From Roseburia sp. (lineage in GTDB: Bacteria; Bacillota; Clostridia; Lachnospirales; Lachnospiraceae), in contig JBNMKM010000005.1 of assembly GCA_050874345.1 (NCBI GenBank), positions 51,553 through 115,552 of the forward strand: a stretch of 64,000 bases of DNA, read 5' to 3'. The translations under genes and the position numbers were made by a program. This document shows, one piece after another, positions 54,694 to 63,597 of this stretch; the stretch's first letter is position 1; each line of letters begins with the position of its first letter. A model generated the notes under the pieces. That model was not told where the DNA came from. It saw only the letters and a list, made by a program, of their open reading frames with translations, and did no database searches.

Positions 54694-57090
54694 ATGGGTT
54701 TGAAATACGAATCAATCATCAGCAGAATGACTCTTGAAGAGAAAGCGCTGATGATGTCCGGAAAAAATACATGGCAGACAGTTGATTTTGAAAAGTATGG
54801 GATTCCGTCTATGACAATGTCCGATGGACCGCACGGATTACGCCGACAGGCTGGAGCGGGAGATCATCTGGGACTGAATGCATCGCTTCCGGCAACTTGT
54901 TTCCCAACCGCTGCATCAGTAGCGAACAGCTGGGACGAAGAGCTTGGAGAAGAAATCGGTGCAGCGCTTGCGGAAGAAGCGGTCACAATGGACGTTAATG
55001 TTGTCCTGGGGCCGGGACTTAACATTAAGAGAAGTCCGCTATGTGGACGTAACTTTGAGTATTTCTCCGAGGATCCGTATCATGCCGGTAAGATGGCGGC
55101 AGCGTATGTGCGGGGGATTCAGAGTAAGGGAATTGCAGCATGCCCAAAGCATTTTGCGGCAAACAGTCAGGAACTTCGTCGTATGGCGAATGATTCAGTA
55201 GTGGATGAGAGAACGTTTCGGGAAATCTATACGACCGGATTTGAAATAGCGGTCAAAGAGGGCAGGGCGAAAGCAATCATGTCTGCGTACAATGAAGTGA
55301 ATGGTGTCTATGCAAACGAGAATGCACATCTTCTACAGGAAATTCTTGTGGATGAATGGGGCTTTGACGGTTGTGTGATTTCGGATTGGGGCGGCAGCAA
55401 CGATCATGCACTTGGCGTGCAGAATGGCAGCCACTTAGAGATGCCGGGAACCGGCAAATCCGGTATGCGCGATATTGTTCGTGCAGTGCGGGAAGGAACA
55501 TTAAAAGAAGAAGTTCTTGACCAGCGTTTAGATGAATTGCTGACACTGATTTTTGCAACGCATGAAGCGACCGAGGAGGCGGCAGAAACGACATTTGATG
55601 TGGAGGCACATCATAATCTTGCGCGTAAGGCTGCGGAGGAGAGCATTGTCCTCTTAAAAAATCAGGATCAGATTCTTCCGTTGAAGCTGGGAACGAAGGT
55701 GGTGGTCATTGGAGATTTTGCCAGAAAACCGAGATATCAGGGAGCCGGTTCATCTCTTGTGAATCCGACAAAAGAGCCGGAGGCTATTTTGGATGTGATT
55801 GAGATGAGTGGTATTACGGTACTTTCTTATGAGCAGGGATATGTGCGGAATCGTCCGGTCAGACAGAAGCTTTTGCGCAAGGCAAAGGAGGCTGCAAAAG
55901 AAGCGGATGTTGTACTTTTTTTTGGCGGACTCGATGAAATAAGTGAATCAGAAGGCCTGGACCGCAAGCATATGATGTTACCGGATGCGCAGGGAATGCT
56001 GATTGACGAACTTTCTACAGTGAATGAGAATATCGTTGTTGTGTTGTCTGCCGGATCAGCAATCGAGATGCCATGGCATCAGTACGTCAAAGGAATTGTG
56101 CATGGTTATCTTGGCGGACAGGCAGGGGCTTCGGCGATGGTCAATGTTCTGACCGGGAAAGTCAATCCATCCGGAAGACTTAACGAAACGTATCCGATTC
56201 ATTATGAAGATACGCCATGTTATCATTATTATCCGGGCAAGGAGCGCAGCAGCGAGTACCGGGAAGGACTTTATGTTGGATATCGTTATTATACTACAAT
56301 TGACAAAAAGGTTCGCTATCCTTTCGGATACGGACTCAGTTATACAACCTTCAGCTATGAGAATCTAAGGATTAGCGAAGAAGGGGCAACGTTTTTGATG
56401 AAAAACACAGGAAATGTGACAGGGGCGGAAGTGGCACAGCTTTATGTTGGAAAGAAATCCAATACGGTATTTCGTCCGGTGCGTGAATTAAAAGGCTTTA
56501 AGCGTGTGGTTCTTGAACCGGGTGAGGAGAAAGAAGTCACAATTCCGTTTGATGATAAGACGTTCCGTTTCTATGATACAAGAACTGACACATGGGAGAT
56601 TGAATCTGGCGAGTATCAGATTATGATTGGAACGGATGCGGAAACGATGCAGCTTGAGGCGCCGATGCAGGTGGCGGGAACGGTAGCGGAGGGACCTTAT
56701 AAGAAAGAGGAAATGCCGGAATATTTCAGCGGCAAAGTGAAGGAGGTAGGAGACGAAGCCTTTGAAAAATTATACGGTCGTCCGGTTCCGGATGGAAGCT
56801 GGAGTGGCGAGATTGATATCAATGATGCAGTATGCCAGCTCTACTACGGAAAAGGAATTCTTGGAAAGCTGTTTTATGGAGTTTTGCATCTGATGTTAAA
56901 AATCAGTGACTGGAAAGGAAAACCGAATCTGAATGTGCTTTTTAATTACAATATGCCGATTCGCGGCTACGCCAAGATGACGGGCGGATTTGTGACCATG
57001 GAAATGGCGCGCGCTTTGACTGAGATGGCAAACGGGCATCGCATCAAAGGAACGGCGCATCTGATTCGCGCGGCAGTACGGCGGGAATAA
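54694..57090 (+). CDS. glycoside hydrolase family 3 beta-glucosidase, cytoplasmic
   Basis: TLEEKALMMSG, DGPHGLR, KHFAANSQE, VISDWGG (nucleophile Asp), and a Fn3-like C-terminal domain. Start at ATG 54694. Confidence 0.9.
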   Translation: MGLKYESIISRMTLEEKALMMSGKNTWQTVDFEKYGIPSMTMSDGPHGLRRQAGAGDHLGLNASLPATCFPTAASVANSWDEELGEEIGAALAEEAVTMDVNVVLGPGLNIKRSPLCGRNFEYFSEDPYHAGKMAAAYVRGIQSKGIAACPKHFAANSQELRRMANDSVVDERTFREIYTTGFEIAVKEGRAKAIMSAYNEVNGVYANENAHLLQEILVDEWGFDGCVISDWGGSNDHALGVQNGSHLEMPGTGKSGMRDIVRAVREGTLKEEVLDQRLDELLTLIFATHEATEEAAETTFDVEAHHNLARKAAEESIVLLKNQDQILPLKLGTKVVVIGDFARKPRYQGAGSSLVNPTKEPEAILDVIEMSGITVLSYEQGYVRNRPVRQKLLRKAKEAAKEADVVLFFGGLDEISESEGLDRKHMMLPDAQGMLIDELSTVNENIVVVLSAGSAIEMPWHQYVKGIVHGYLGGQAGASAMVNVLTGKVNPSGRLNETYPIHYEDTPCYHYYPGKERSSEYREGLYVGYRYYTTIDKKVRYPFGYGLSYTTFSYENLRISEEGATFLMKNTGNVTGAEVAQLYVGKKSNTVFRPVRELKGFKRVVLEPGEEKEVTIPFDDKTFRFYDTRTDTWEIESGEYQIMIGTDAETMQLEAPMQVAGTVAEGPYKKEEMPEYFSGKVKEVGDEAFEKLYGRPVPDGSWSGEIDINDAVCQLYYGKGILGKLFYGVLHLMLKISDWKGKPNLNVLFNYNMPIRGYAKMTGGFVTMEMARALTEMANGHRIKGTAHLIRAAVRRE

Positions 57091-57095
57091 TAGAC

Positions 57096-57134
57096 AGACC
57101 TGATCTGAAAGGTTTTTTCAGACCGGGTCTTGTT
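57096..57134 (+). terminator. possible terminator hairpin after the GH3 gene
   Basis: agacc...ctgaaa (57096-57110) pairs with tttcag...ggtct (57116-57130). The T-tract is poor. Confidence 0.4.
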
Positions 57135-57194
57135 GCGTTTCTATCGAAATTCACCTATAATTTAGGGCAGATATCGACGAGGAGAGGAACAACG

Positions 57195-57905
57195 ATGATT
57201 AAGATAGCGATTGTGGAAGATGAGGCGATGTACGCCGAGCAGCTAAAGGAATATCTGCATCAATATGAAAAAGAGAATGGAGAAGTCTTTGATATTACCT
57301 ATTGCGCGGACGGAGATGAGATTGTTCACAATTACAAGTCCCAGTACGATATTATCCTCATGGATGTGGAGATGAAATTCATGGATGGCATGTCGGCTGC
57401 GGAAGAAATCCGCAAGATAGATACGGAAGTCGTAATCATTTTCATCACAAATATGACGCAGTATGCAATCCGTGGATATGCGGTGGATGCACTCGATTAT
57501 GTCTTAAAGCCGGTGTCGTATTTCGCTTTTTCCCAGAGGTTAAACCGTGCGCTTTCCCGCATGAAAAAGCGTGAGAGTAAGATGATTATGGTTAATATCA
57601 AGGGCGGCATGGTGCGCATCAATCTGGCGAATATTTTTTATATTGAAAGTCAGGGACATATCCTCATTCTTCATACAATCCTTGGAAACTATGAGACGGC
57701 AGGGACGATGAAGGAGATGGAAGAGAAGTTAGAGGGAATGAGTTTTTGCCGTGGAAATAAAGGATATCTGATTAATCTGCAGCATGTGGACAGTGTGCAG
57801 GACGGATGTGCGGTTGTCCGCGGAGAGCAGCTTGTACTCAGCCGTGCACGCAAGAAGGAATTTATGGAAGCACTGACAGCATACTGGGGAGAGGTGATAA
57901 AATGA
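57195..57905 (+). CDS. LytTR-family response regulator
   Basis: Receiver (IVEDE...IILMDVEM...K) plus a LytTR domain (FCRGNKGYLINLQHV). Confidence 0.9.
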   Translation: MIKIAIVEDEAMYAEQLKEYLHQYEKENGEVFDITYCADGDEIVHNYKSQYDIILMDVEMKFMDGMSAAEEIRKIDTEVVIIFITNMTQYAIRGYAVDALDYVLKPVSYFAFSQRLNRALSRMKKRESKMIMVNIKGGMVRINLANIFYIESQGHILILHTILGNYETAGTMKEMEEKLEGMSFCRGNKGYLINLQHVDSVQDGCAVVRGEQLVLSRARKKEFMEALTAYWGEVIK

Positions 57906-59224
57906 TTGATAATCTGATGCCGGATATACCGAGAATCTACACAGCAATCGCAGAGTGGCTGGCGTGTCTGCTTTTTATCATTCCGCTTAAGAAACGGTTT
58001 GACCGTTCTAAGACAGTGGGGATGATGGCGGTTTCACTTGTGCTGCAAAGTGTGTTTTTAGTTGCAACGGGCGGTCTTATCATCTATTTGTGGATTCCGT
58101 GTATGATTGTGGCGGTTATGCTGATGATATTATTTATCTATGGGTGCTGCGACATCAGTATAACCGATGCTGCGTACTTTGGCATGATTGCTTTTGTGGT
58201 GGCGGAGTTTATGGCTTCCGTGGAGTGGCAGATTGTATGTTTCTTCTGGAAAGGGCAGCTTCTGGCAATCTGGTTCAAAGCACTTTTACTTATTGTAATC
58301 TATGGCGCGATTGCACTCATTCTGCTTCGACTGATTCATGTGCATTTGCCAAAAGATGCGAAGATGGATATCAGCAAAAAAGAGTATTTCTCAGGACTAT
58401 TGATTGCAGTGGCGGTGTTTGCGGTCAGTAATATGAGTTATTTGACTGTCAATACACCTTTTTCCGGAAGGTATTCTTTTGAGATAGGAAATATTCGTAC
58501 GCTTGTGGATTTGGGAGGAATCGCAATTCTGTATGCACATCTGATTCAGTGTTGTGAGCTGCGTGTGCGAAAGGAACTCGAAGCGGTCCAAAGTGTGTTG
58601 CAGAATCAGTATGTGCAGTACAAGCAGTCGAGAGAGAGCATTGAACTTATCAATTATAAGTATCATGATTTAAAGCATCAGATTGCTTTTCTCCGGAGTG
58701 AGAGTGATCCGGCAAAGCGGGAGGAATTTTTAAATCGGATGGAAGAGGAAATCCGGCAGTACGAGGCACAGAATAAGACGGGAAACAAGGTGTTGGATAC
58801 GGTGCTGACAACGAAGAGTCTTTACTGTGCAAAGCACGGAATTACGTTTACCTGTGTGGCGGACGGAACGCTTCTTGACTTTATGGATGCAATGGACATT
58901 TGTAGTATTTTCGGCAATGCGCTTGACAATGCAATCGAGTGTGAACTAAAGATTGCGGACAAGGAGAAGCGCCTGATTCATGTGACGGTATCAAAGCAGA
59001 AGAATTTTTTGATTCTTCGCTTCGAGAACTATTACGAGGAGGCACTTCAGTATCAGGAAGGAAAACTTGTTACAACTAAGAAAGACAAGGAATACCACGG
59101 GTATGGGCTGAAAAGTATTCGTTATACGGTAAACAAATATGAGGGTGCAGTCAGCATTGATACGAATGGAAACTGGTTTGAACTAAAAATTTTGATTCCA
59201 ATGAAGGTGCCATCTGAGAAATAA
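57902..59224 (+). CDS. GHKL-type sensor histidine kinase (AgrC-like polytopic sensor)
   Basis: ATGA overlap with the regulator gene. About 6 TM helices. YKYHDLKHQIAFL phospho-His region. IFGNALDNAIE N-box. GYGLKS G-box. Confidence 0.8.
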   Translation: MIDNLMPDIPRIYTAIAEWLACLLFIIPLKKRFDRSKTVGMMAVSLVLQSVFLVATGGLIIYLWIPCMIVAVMLMILFIYGCCDISITDAAYFGMIAFVVAEFMASVEWQIVCFFWKGQLLAIWFKALLLIVIYGAIALILLRLIHVHLPKDAKMDISKKEYFSGLLIAVAVFAVSNMSYLTVNTPFSGRYSFEIGNIRTLVDLGGIAILYAHLIQCCELRVRKELEAVQSVLQNQYVQYKQSRESIELINYKYHDLKHQIAFLRSESDPAKREEFLNRMEEEIRQYEAQNKTGNKVLDTVLTTKSLYCAKHGITFTCVADGTLLDFMDAMDICSIFGNALDNAIECELKIADKEKRLIHVTVSKQKNFLILRFENYYEEALQYQEGKLVTTKKDKEYHGYGLKSIRYTVNKYEGAVSIDTNGNWFELKILIPMKVPSEK

Positions 59225-59234
59225 AATGTCAGGG

Positions 59235-59269
59235 AAAAGGTGCATGAGATGATGTCATGCACCTTTTTT
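59235..59269 (+). terminator. rho-independent terminator after the kinase gene
   Basis: aaaaggtgcatga, a 7-nt loop, tcatgcacctttttt. Confidence 0.75.
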
Positions 59270-59433
59270 GTGCAATGTGTATAATCCAACGTTGAAAAAT
59301 TGTATAGTGTGCATAATATGGTTGCAGTTTGTGCAGAAAAAGTGCAGGTTATGCGAAATGGGATTTTGGAAAATCCTTTGTGATAATATAAGGTTACAAG
59401 GTCCGGCACGGATCAAATCTATCAGGAGGGAGA

Positions 59434-60048
59434 ATGAAAAAGAGTATGAACAATCAGACGACAAATCCGATTGCCTCGGGCTGGAGACGGTTTGCCGGGA
59501 AACATGAGACAATTGCACAATTTCTGGTGTTTTTCGTTGTAAGTAACGGTGTCACGGTGTTACAGATGATTATGATGCCTGTGCTCAAATATTTCTTTGG
59601 CATGACAAGCCTTGTGGATACCGGATTTCAGGTGCTGCATTGTGGCTCAGTCGGTGGAAAGCCGTACTATGTATTTGATTATGCGGCTGGAGCAATCGCA
59701 AATGGTGGCGGTGGCGGACTGGCATATTTTCTTGCAGTGGAAATTACAATGCTGATTGCACAGGTCATCAACTTTTTCCTACAGAGAAAAGTAACCTTTA
59801 AGTCCAACAGTTCCGTTGCGAAAGCGGCATTCTGGTATGTGATTGCCTATGTGATTATTTCCATCGGGGCGGCAGCGTTGCAGGGATTGTACAAAGATCC
59901 GATTTATCGCTTTTTCCAAAATGTGATGGGAAGTGCAGGAATTACAGTAGCTGATATTGTGACAATGATTATCAATTGTGCAATATCGTTCTGGGTATTT
60001 TTCCCGATATTCAAGGTGATATTCAAAGAAGAATCGGAAGAAAAGTAA
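59434..60048 (+). CDS. GtrA-like membrane protein
   Basis: 4-5 TM helices. IAQVINFFLQRKVTFKS matches the GtrA family motif (nFxlnrxwtF). At 204 aa it is longer than typical GtrA. Confidence 0.55.
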   Translation: MKKSMNNQTTNPIASGWRRFAGKHETIAQFLVFFVVSNGVTVLQMIMMPVLKYFFGMTSLVDTGFQVLHCGSVGGKPYYVFDYAAGAIANGGGGGLAYFLAVEITMLIAQVINFFLQRKVTFKSNSSVAKAAFWYVIAYVIISIGAAALQGLYKDPIYRFFQNVMGSAGITVADIVTMIINCAISFWVFFPIFKVIFKEESEEK

Positions 60049-60066
60049 AAAAGAGGAGGATTACCT

Positions 60067-62940
60067 ATGAAAAACAATGGTAAGAGATTAGACATCAAAG
60101 CAATTGTCGCTTATGTGTTATGCGTAGTAATTGCGGTTGGCCTGGTAATCGGAAATTTCTATGCGTTAAAGTATCAGAACTTAATTTCCGTACATTTTAA
60201 TCAGTCCAATCAGAAGATTGTCTCAGCAGACGGTGGGACAGTGGATTATTACACAAGTGATTACAGTTCCGAGGAGGAGCGCACCGAGCATTTAAGACAG
60301 GTTGGTCAGGATATTGAGGCAGAGGGACTTGTTCTTCTCAAGAATGAGAACAATGCACTTCCACTTAGCAGCGGAAGCAAAATCAGTGTGTTTGGCCAGG
60401 ATGCGGTTGATCCAATCTACGGCGGAAGCGGAGCCGGTTCGGTGGATACTTCTAAGGCAGTAAATCTTAAAACAGGATTAGAGGAAGCAGGATTTGACTT
60501 AAATCCTACCCTTTGGGATTTCTATGATAAGGGAGCAGGTTCTTCTTATCGTAAGACAACACCGGATGTATATGGACAGGGAGCTTTTTCCGTAAATGAA
60601 GTTCCGGTGGATGAATACACGCAGGAAGTAAAAGACAGTTTTGCAGATTATAATGATGCAGCGATTGTGGTACTTGGCCGTTCCGGTGGAGAGAGTTCTG
60701 ATTTGTCGACAGAAGTCTTAGAGAATGGTACCACTTACCTGCAGATTGATAAAAACGAGCGTGATATGCTTCAGATGGCATGTGATAACTTTGACCGTGT
60801 TATCGTGTTACTCAACACACAGAATGCAATGGAATTAGGTTTTCTGGATGAGTATGATGTTGATGCGGCAATCTGGATTGGTGCAATCGGAGAAACCGGT
60901 GCTTATGCCGTAGGTCAGGCTTTGACCGGTGAGGTAAACCCTTCCGGAGCATTAGTGGATACTTATGCGTATGATTCCTTCAGTGCGCCGAGTATGGCAA
61001 ATTTTGGAAGCTTTATGTTCACCAATAGTTCCGTAGATTTCGGATATTCCTATATGGTATACGGTGAGGGTATCTACGTTGGGTACAATTACTATGAGAC
61101 AAGATATGAGGATGTTGTCTTAGGTAATGAAGATGTGGCAAACTACGATTATACAACATCCGTACAGTATCCGTTCGGATATGGACTCTCTTATACGAAC
61201 TTCGAGTGGAGCGATTATAAGGTAGAGGACAAAGGAGATAATTACGAAGTTTCAATTAATGTAAAGAATACCGGAAATGTTGCAGGTAAGGACATTGTTC
61301 AGGTATATATGCAGTCTCCTTATACGGAGTACGACAAGGAGCAGGGAATTGAGAAGGCATCCGTTTCGCTTGTCGGATATGCGAAGACCGATTTGCTTGA
61401 TGCAGGCGCAAGTGCAACCGTTACGGTAACGGTTCCGAAGGAGCAGATGAAAGTCTACGATGCAAACGGATATGGAACATACATTGTGGATGCCGGAGAT
61501 TATTATTTTACAGCAGCAAACAATGCGCATGAAGCAGTTAATAACATTCTTGCAGCCAAGGGTTATAACGAGGAGCAGGGAATGGATCAGGCAGGCAATG
61601 CCGACCAGGTTTCAAAAGTAACAGTTAAAGAGCTGGATGCCAAGACTTATGCAGTATCACAGGCAACCGGTAACGAGATTACAAACCAGTTTGAAGATGT
61701 CGATATCAGAAAATACGATGCAGATTACCAGTATCTGAGCAGAAGTGACTGGACAGGTACATGGCCACAGACATATAACGGTGGTACATGGGAAGCGCCG
61801 GAAGAACTTTTGGCAGATTTGGAACTTCATACCGATGAAAGCACAAATTCTGAAGAACCGGTCACAGGAGCAGTAGATGAGGCGAATGGAAAGTTAAGTA
61901 CGGCTTCCTTAATCGGACTTGATTATGATGATGAGCTTTGGATGACACTGGTTCAGCAGATGTCTCAGGATGAGGTAGATGAGCTGGTTCGTATCGGTGG
62001 ATACGCAACAAAAAATGTGAAGTCCATCCAGCTTCCGGAAACAGTTGACAAGGACGGGCCTGCCGGAATTTCCGGAACACTTGTCGGTGGAGAGAGTGGA
62101 ACTTCTTACCCGCCGGAGGTTGTACTGGCTTCTACATGGAACGATAATCTCTCAGAAGAATTTGGTAAATGTATCGGTGAGGATTCCCTTGCACTTGGTG
62201 TGCAGGTATGGTATGCACCGGCTTGTAACATTCACCGCTCTCCATACAGTGGACGTAACTTTGAGTATTATTCCGAGGATTCTTTCCTCTCAGGAAAGAT
62301 GGCAGCAACAACAACTGCCGGAGCACAGTCTAAGGGTGCGGTCGTAACCGTGAAGCATTTTGCATTAAATGATCAGGAAACAAACCGTATGGGATGTGCA
62401 ATCTTTGCAAATGAGCAGTCTGTTCGTCAGGTATATCTGGCAGCATTCGAGACGGCAGTACGCGAAGGAGATGCGCATGGTGTCATGGTAAGTATGAACC
62501 GTATCGGCTCCCGCTGGACAGGTGGTCATTACGGACTTATGACAGCAACACTCCGCAATGAATGGGGATTTCAGGGTATGGCTGTCACCGATCAGGCTTC
62601 TTATGAAGTATTTGCATACGAGGATTTGCGTGAAGGACTTGCAGCCGGAACCGATTTGTGGCTGAATACCGATGCAACTCTTTGGAAACTTTCAGATTCT
62701 GAAATGACAAACGAAGTTGTAAATGATATGCAGAGAGCAGCCAAGAACGTGGTTTATGCGGTCGCAGGAAGTAATGCGATGAACGGACTTGCAGCAGACA
62801 GTAAGGTTGTTACCGTTGTTCCGTTATGGAAGAAAGCACTGTACGGACTTGATGTTGTCGCAGCAATTGGAATTCTTGTTACACTATTCTTTACAACAAG
62901 AAGTGTAATCCGTAACAGAAAGCAGAAAGGTGCAAAATAA
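60067..62940 (+). CDS. large glycoside hydrolase family 3 enzyme with N-terminal signal-anchor and C-terminal TM segment (extracytoplasmic)
   Basis: N-terminal TM IVAYVLCVVIAVGLVIGNFYAL. The GH3 domains appear in permuted order: the alpha/beta sandwich and Fn3-like part first, then VDKDGPAGI...KHFALNDQE...VTDQ. C-terminal TM VVAAIGILVTLFFTT plus a basic tail. Confidence 0.85.
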   Translation: MKNNGKRLDIKAIVAYVLCVVIAVGLVIGNFYALKYQNLISVHFNQSNQKIVSADGGTVDYYTSDYSSEEERTEHLRQVGQDIEAEGLVLLKNENNALPLSSGSKISVFGQDAVDPIYGGSGAGSVDTSKAVNLKTGLEEAGFDLNPTLWDFYDKGAGSSYRKTTPDVYGQGAFSVNEVPVDEYTQEVKDSFADYNDAAIVVLGRSGGESSDLSTEVLENGTTYLQIDKNERDMLQMACDNFDRVIVLLNTQNAMELGFLDEYDVDAAIWIGAIGETGAYAVGQALTGEVNPSGALVDTYAYDSFSAPSMANFGSFMFTNSSVDFGYSYMVYGEGIYVGYNYYETRYEDVVLGNEDVANYDYTTSVQYPFGYGLSYTNFEWSDYKVEDKGDNYEVSINVKNTGNVAGKDIVQVYMQSPYTEYDKEQGIEKASVSLVGYAKTDLLDAGASATVTVTVPKEQMKVYDANGYGTYIVDAGDYYFTAANNAHEAVNNILAAKGYNEEQGMDQAGNADQVSKVTVKELDAKTYAVSQATGNEITNQFEDVDIRKYDADYQYLSRSDWTGTWPQTYNGGTWEAPEELLADLELHTDESTNSEEPVTGAVDEANGKLSTASLIGLDYDDELWMTLVQQMSQDEVDELVRIGGYATKNVKSIQLPETVDKDGPAGISGTLVGGESGTSYPPEVVLASTWNDNLSEEFGKCIGEDSLALGVQVWYAPACNIHRSPYSGRNFEYYSEDSFLSGKMAATTTAGAQSKGAVVTVKHFALNDQETNRMGCAIFANEQSVRQVYLAAFETAVREGDAHGVMVSMNRIGSRWTGGHYGLMTATLRNEWGFQGMAVTDQASYEVFAYEDLREGLAAGTDLWLNTDATLWKLSDSEMTNEVVNDMQRAAKNVVYAVAGSNAMNGLAADSKVVTVVPLWKKALYGLDVVAAIGILVTLFFTTRSVIRNRKQKGAK

Positions 62941-62953
62941 ATCAAGAGAAAAG

Positions 62954-62985
62954 AGTGCTCCTGTCTTTGGACGGGAGCATTTTTA
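62954..62985 (+). terminator. rho-independent terminator after the GH3 gene
   Basis: gtgctcctgtc-tttg-gacgggagcat followed by tttt. Confidence 0.7.
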
Positions 62986-63066
62986 TACATTTTTTTAAAT
63001 TAACAAAACTGAAACAATTCAGAAACAAAACATTGACAAAGGTTCGATAGAGTTTGATGCGTAAAG

Positions 63067-63597
63067 ATGACAGGATCGGATATCATGATGCCAGAGGTGG
63101 ATGGATTTGAATTTGCGCATACAATCCGTGAGGTCAATAAGCGTATTCCAATCCTTTTTATGTCGGCAAAGGATGATCTTCCATCCAAACAGAAGGGGTT
63201 TCAGCTTGGAATCGATGATTATATGGTAAAGCCAATTGAGTTGGCAGAACTTGAGATGCGCGTGCGTGCACTCCTGCGACGGGCCAATATTGAGACGGAG
63301 CGAAAGCTTACGGTTGGAAATCTGGAGCTGGATGCAGATGGTATGACGGCGGAAATTGATGGCGAAGAGATTGCAATCGCAACGAGAGAATTCAACATTA
63401 TCTATAAGCTCCTTTCCTATCCAAAGAAGACTTTTACCCGTGCGCAGCTTATGGATGAATTCTGGGGCGTTGAGTCGGACACCAGTCTTCGGGCAGTGGA
63501 TGTGTATATCACAAAATTAAGAGACAAATTCTCTGCATGTGATGGGTTCGAGATTAAGACGGTTCGAGGACTTGGTTACAAGGCGGTACTTTTATGA
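63067..63597 (+). CDS. OmpR/PhoB-family response regulator lacking about the first 50 residues of the receiver domain (probable 5'-truncated remnant)
   Basis: The product begins MTGSDIMMPEVDGFEF, which is the region around the phospho-acceptor Asp. A complete winged-helix output domain is present (REFNIIYKLL...VDVYITKLRDK...TVRGLGYK). An in-frame TGA sits at 63055-63057, so no upstream extension is possible. Confidence 0.6.
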   Translation: MTGSDIMMPEVDGFEFAHTIREVNKRIPILFMSAKDDLPSKQKGFQLGIDDYMVKPIELAELEMRVRALLRRANIETERKLTVGNLELDADGMTAEIDGEEIAIATREFNIIYKLLSYPKKTFTRAQLMDEFWGVESDTSLRAVDVYITKLRDKFSACDGFEIKTVRGLGYKAVLL

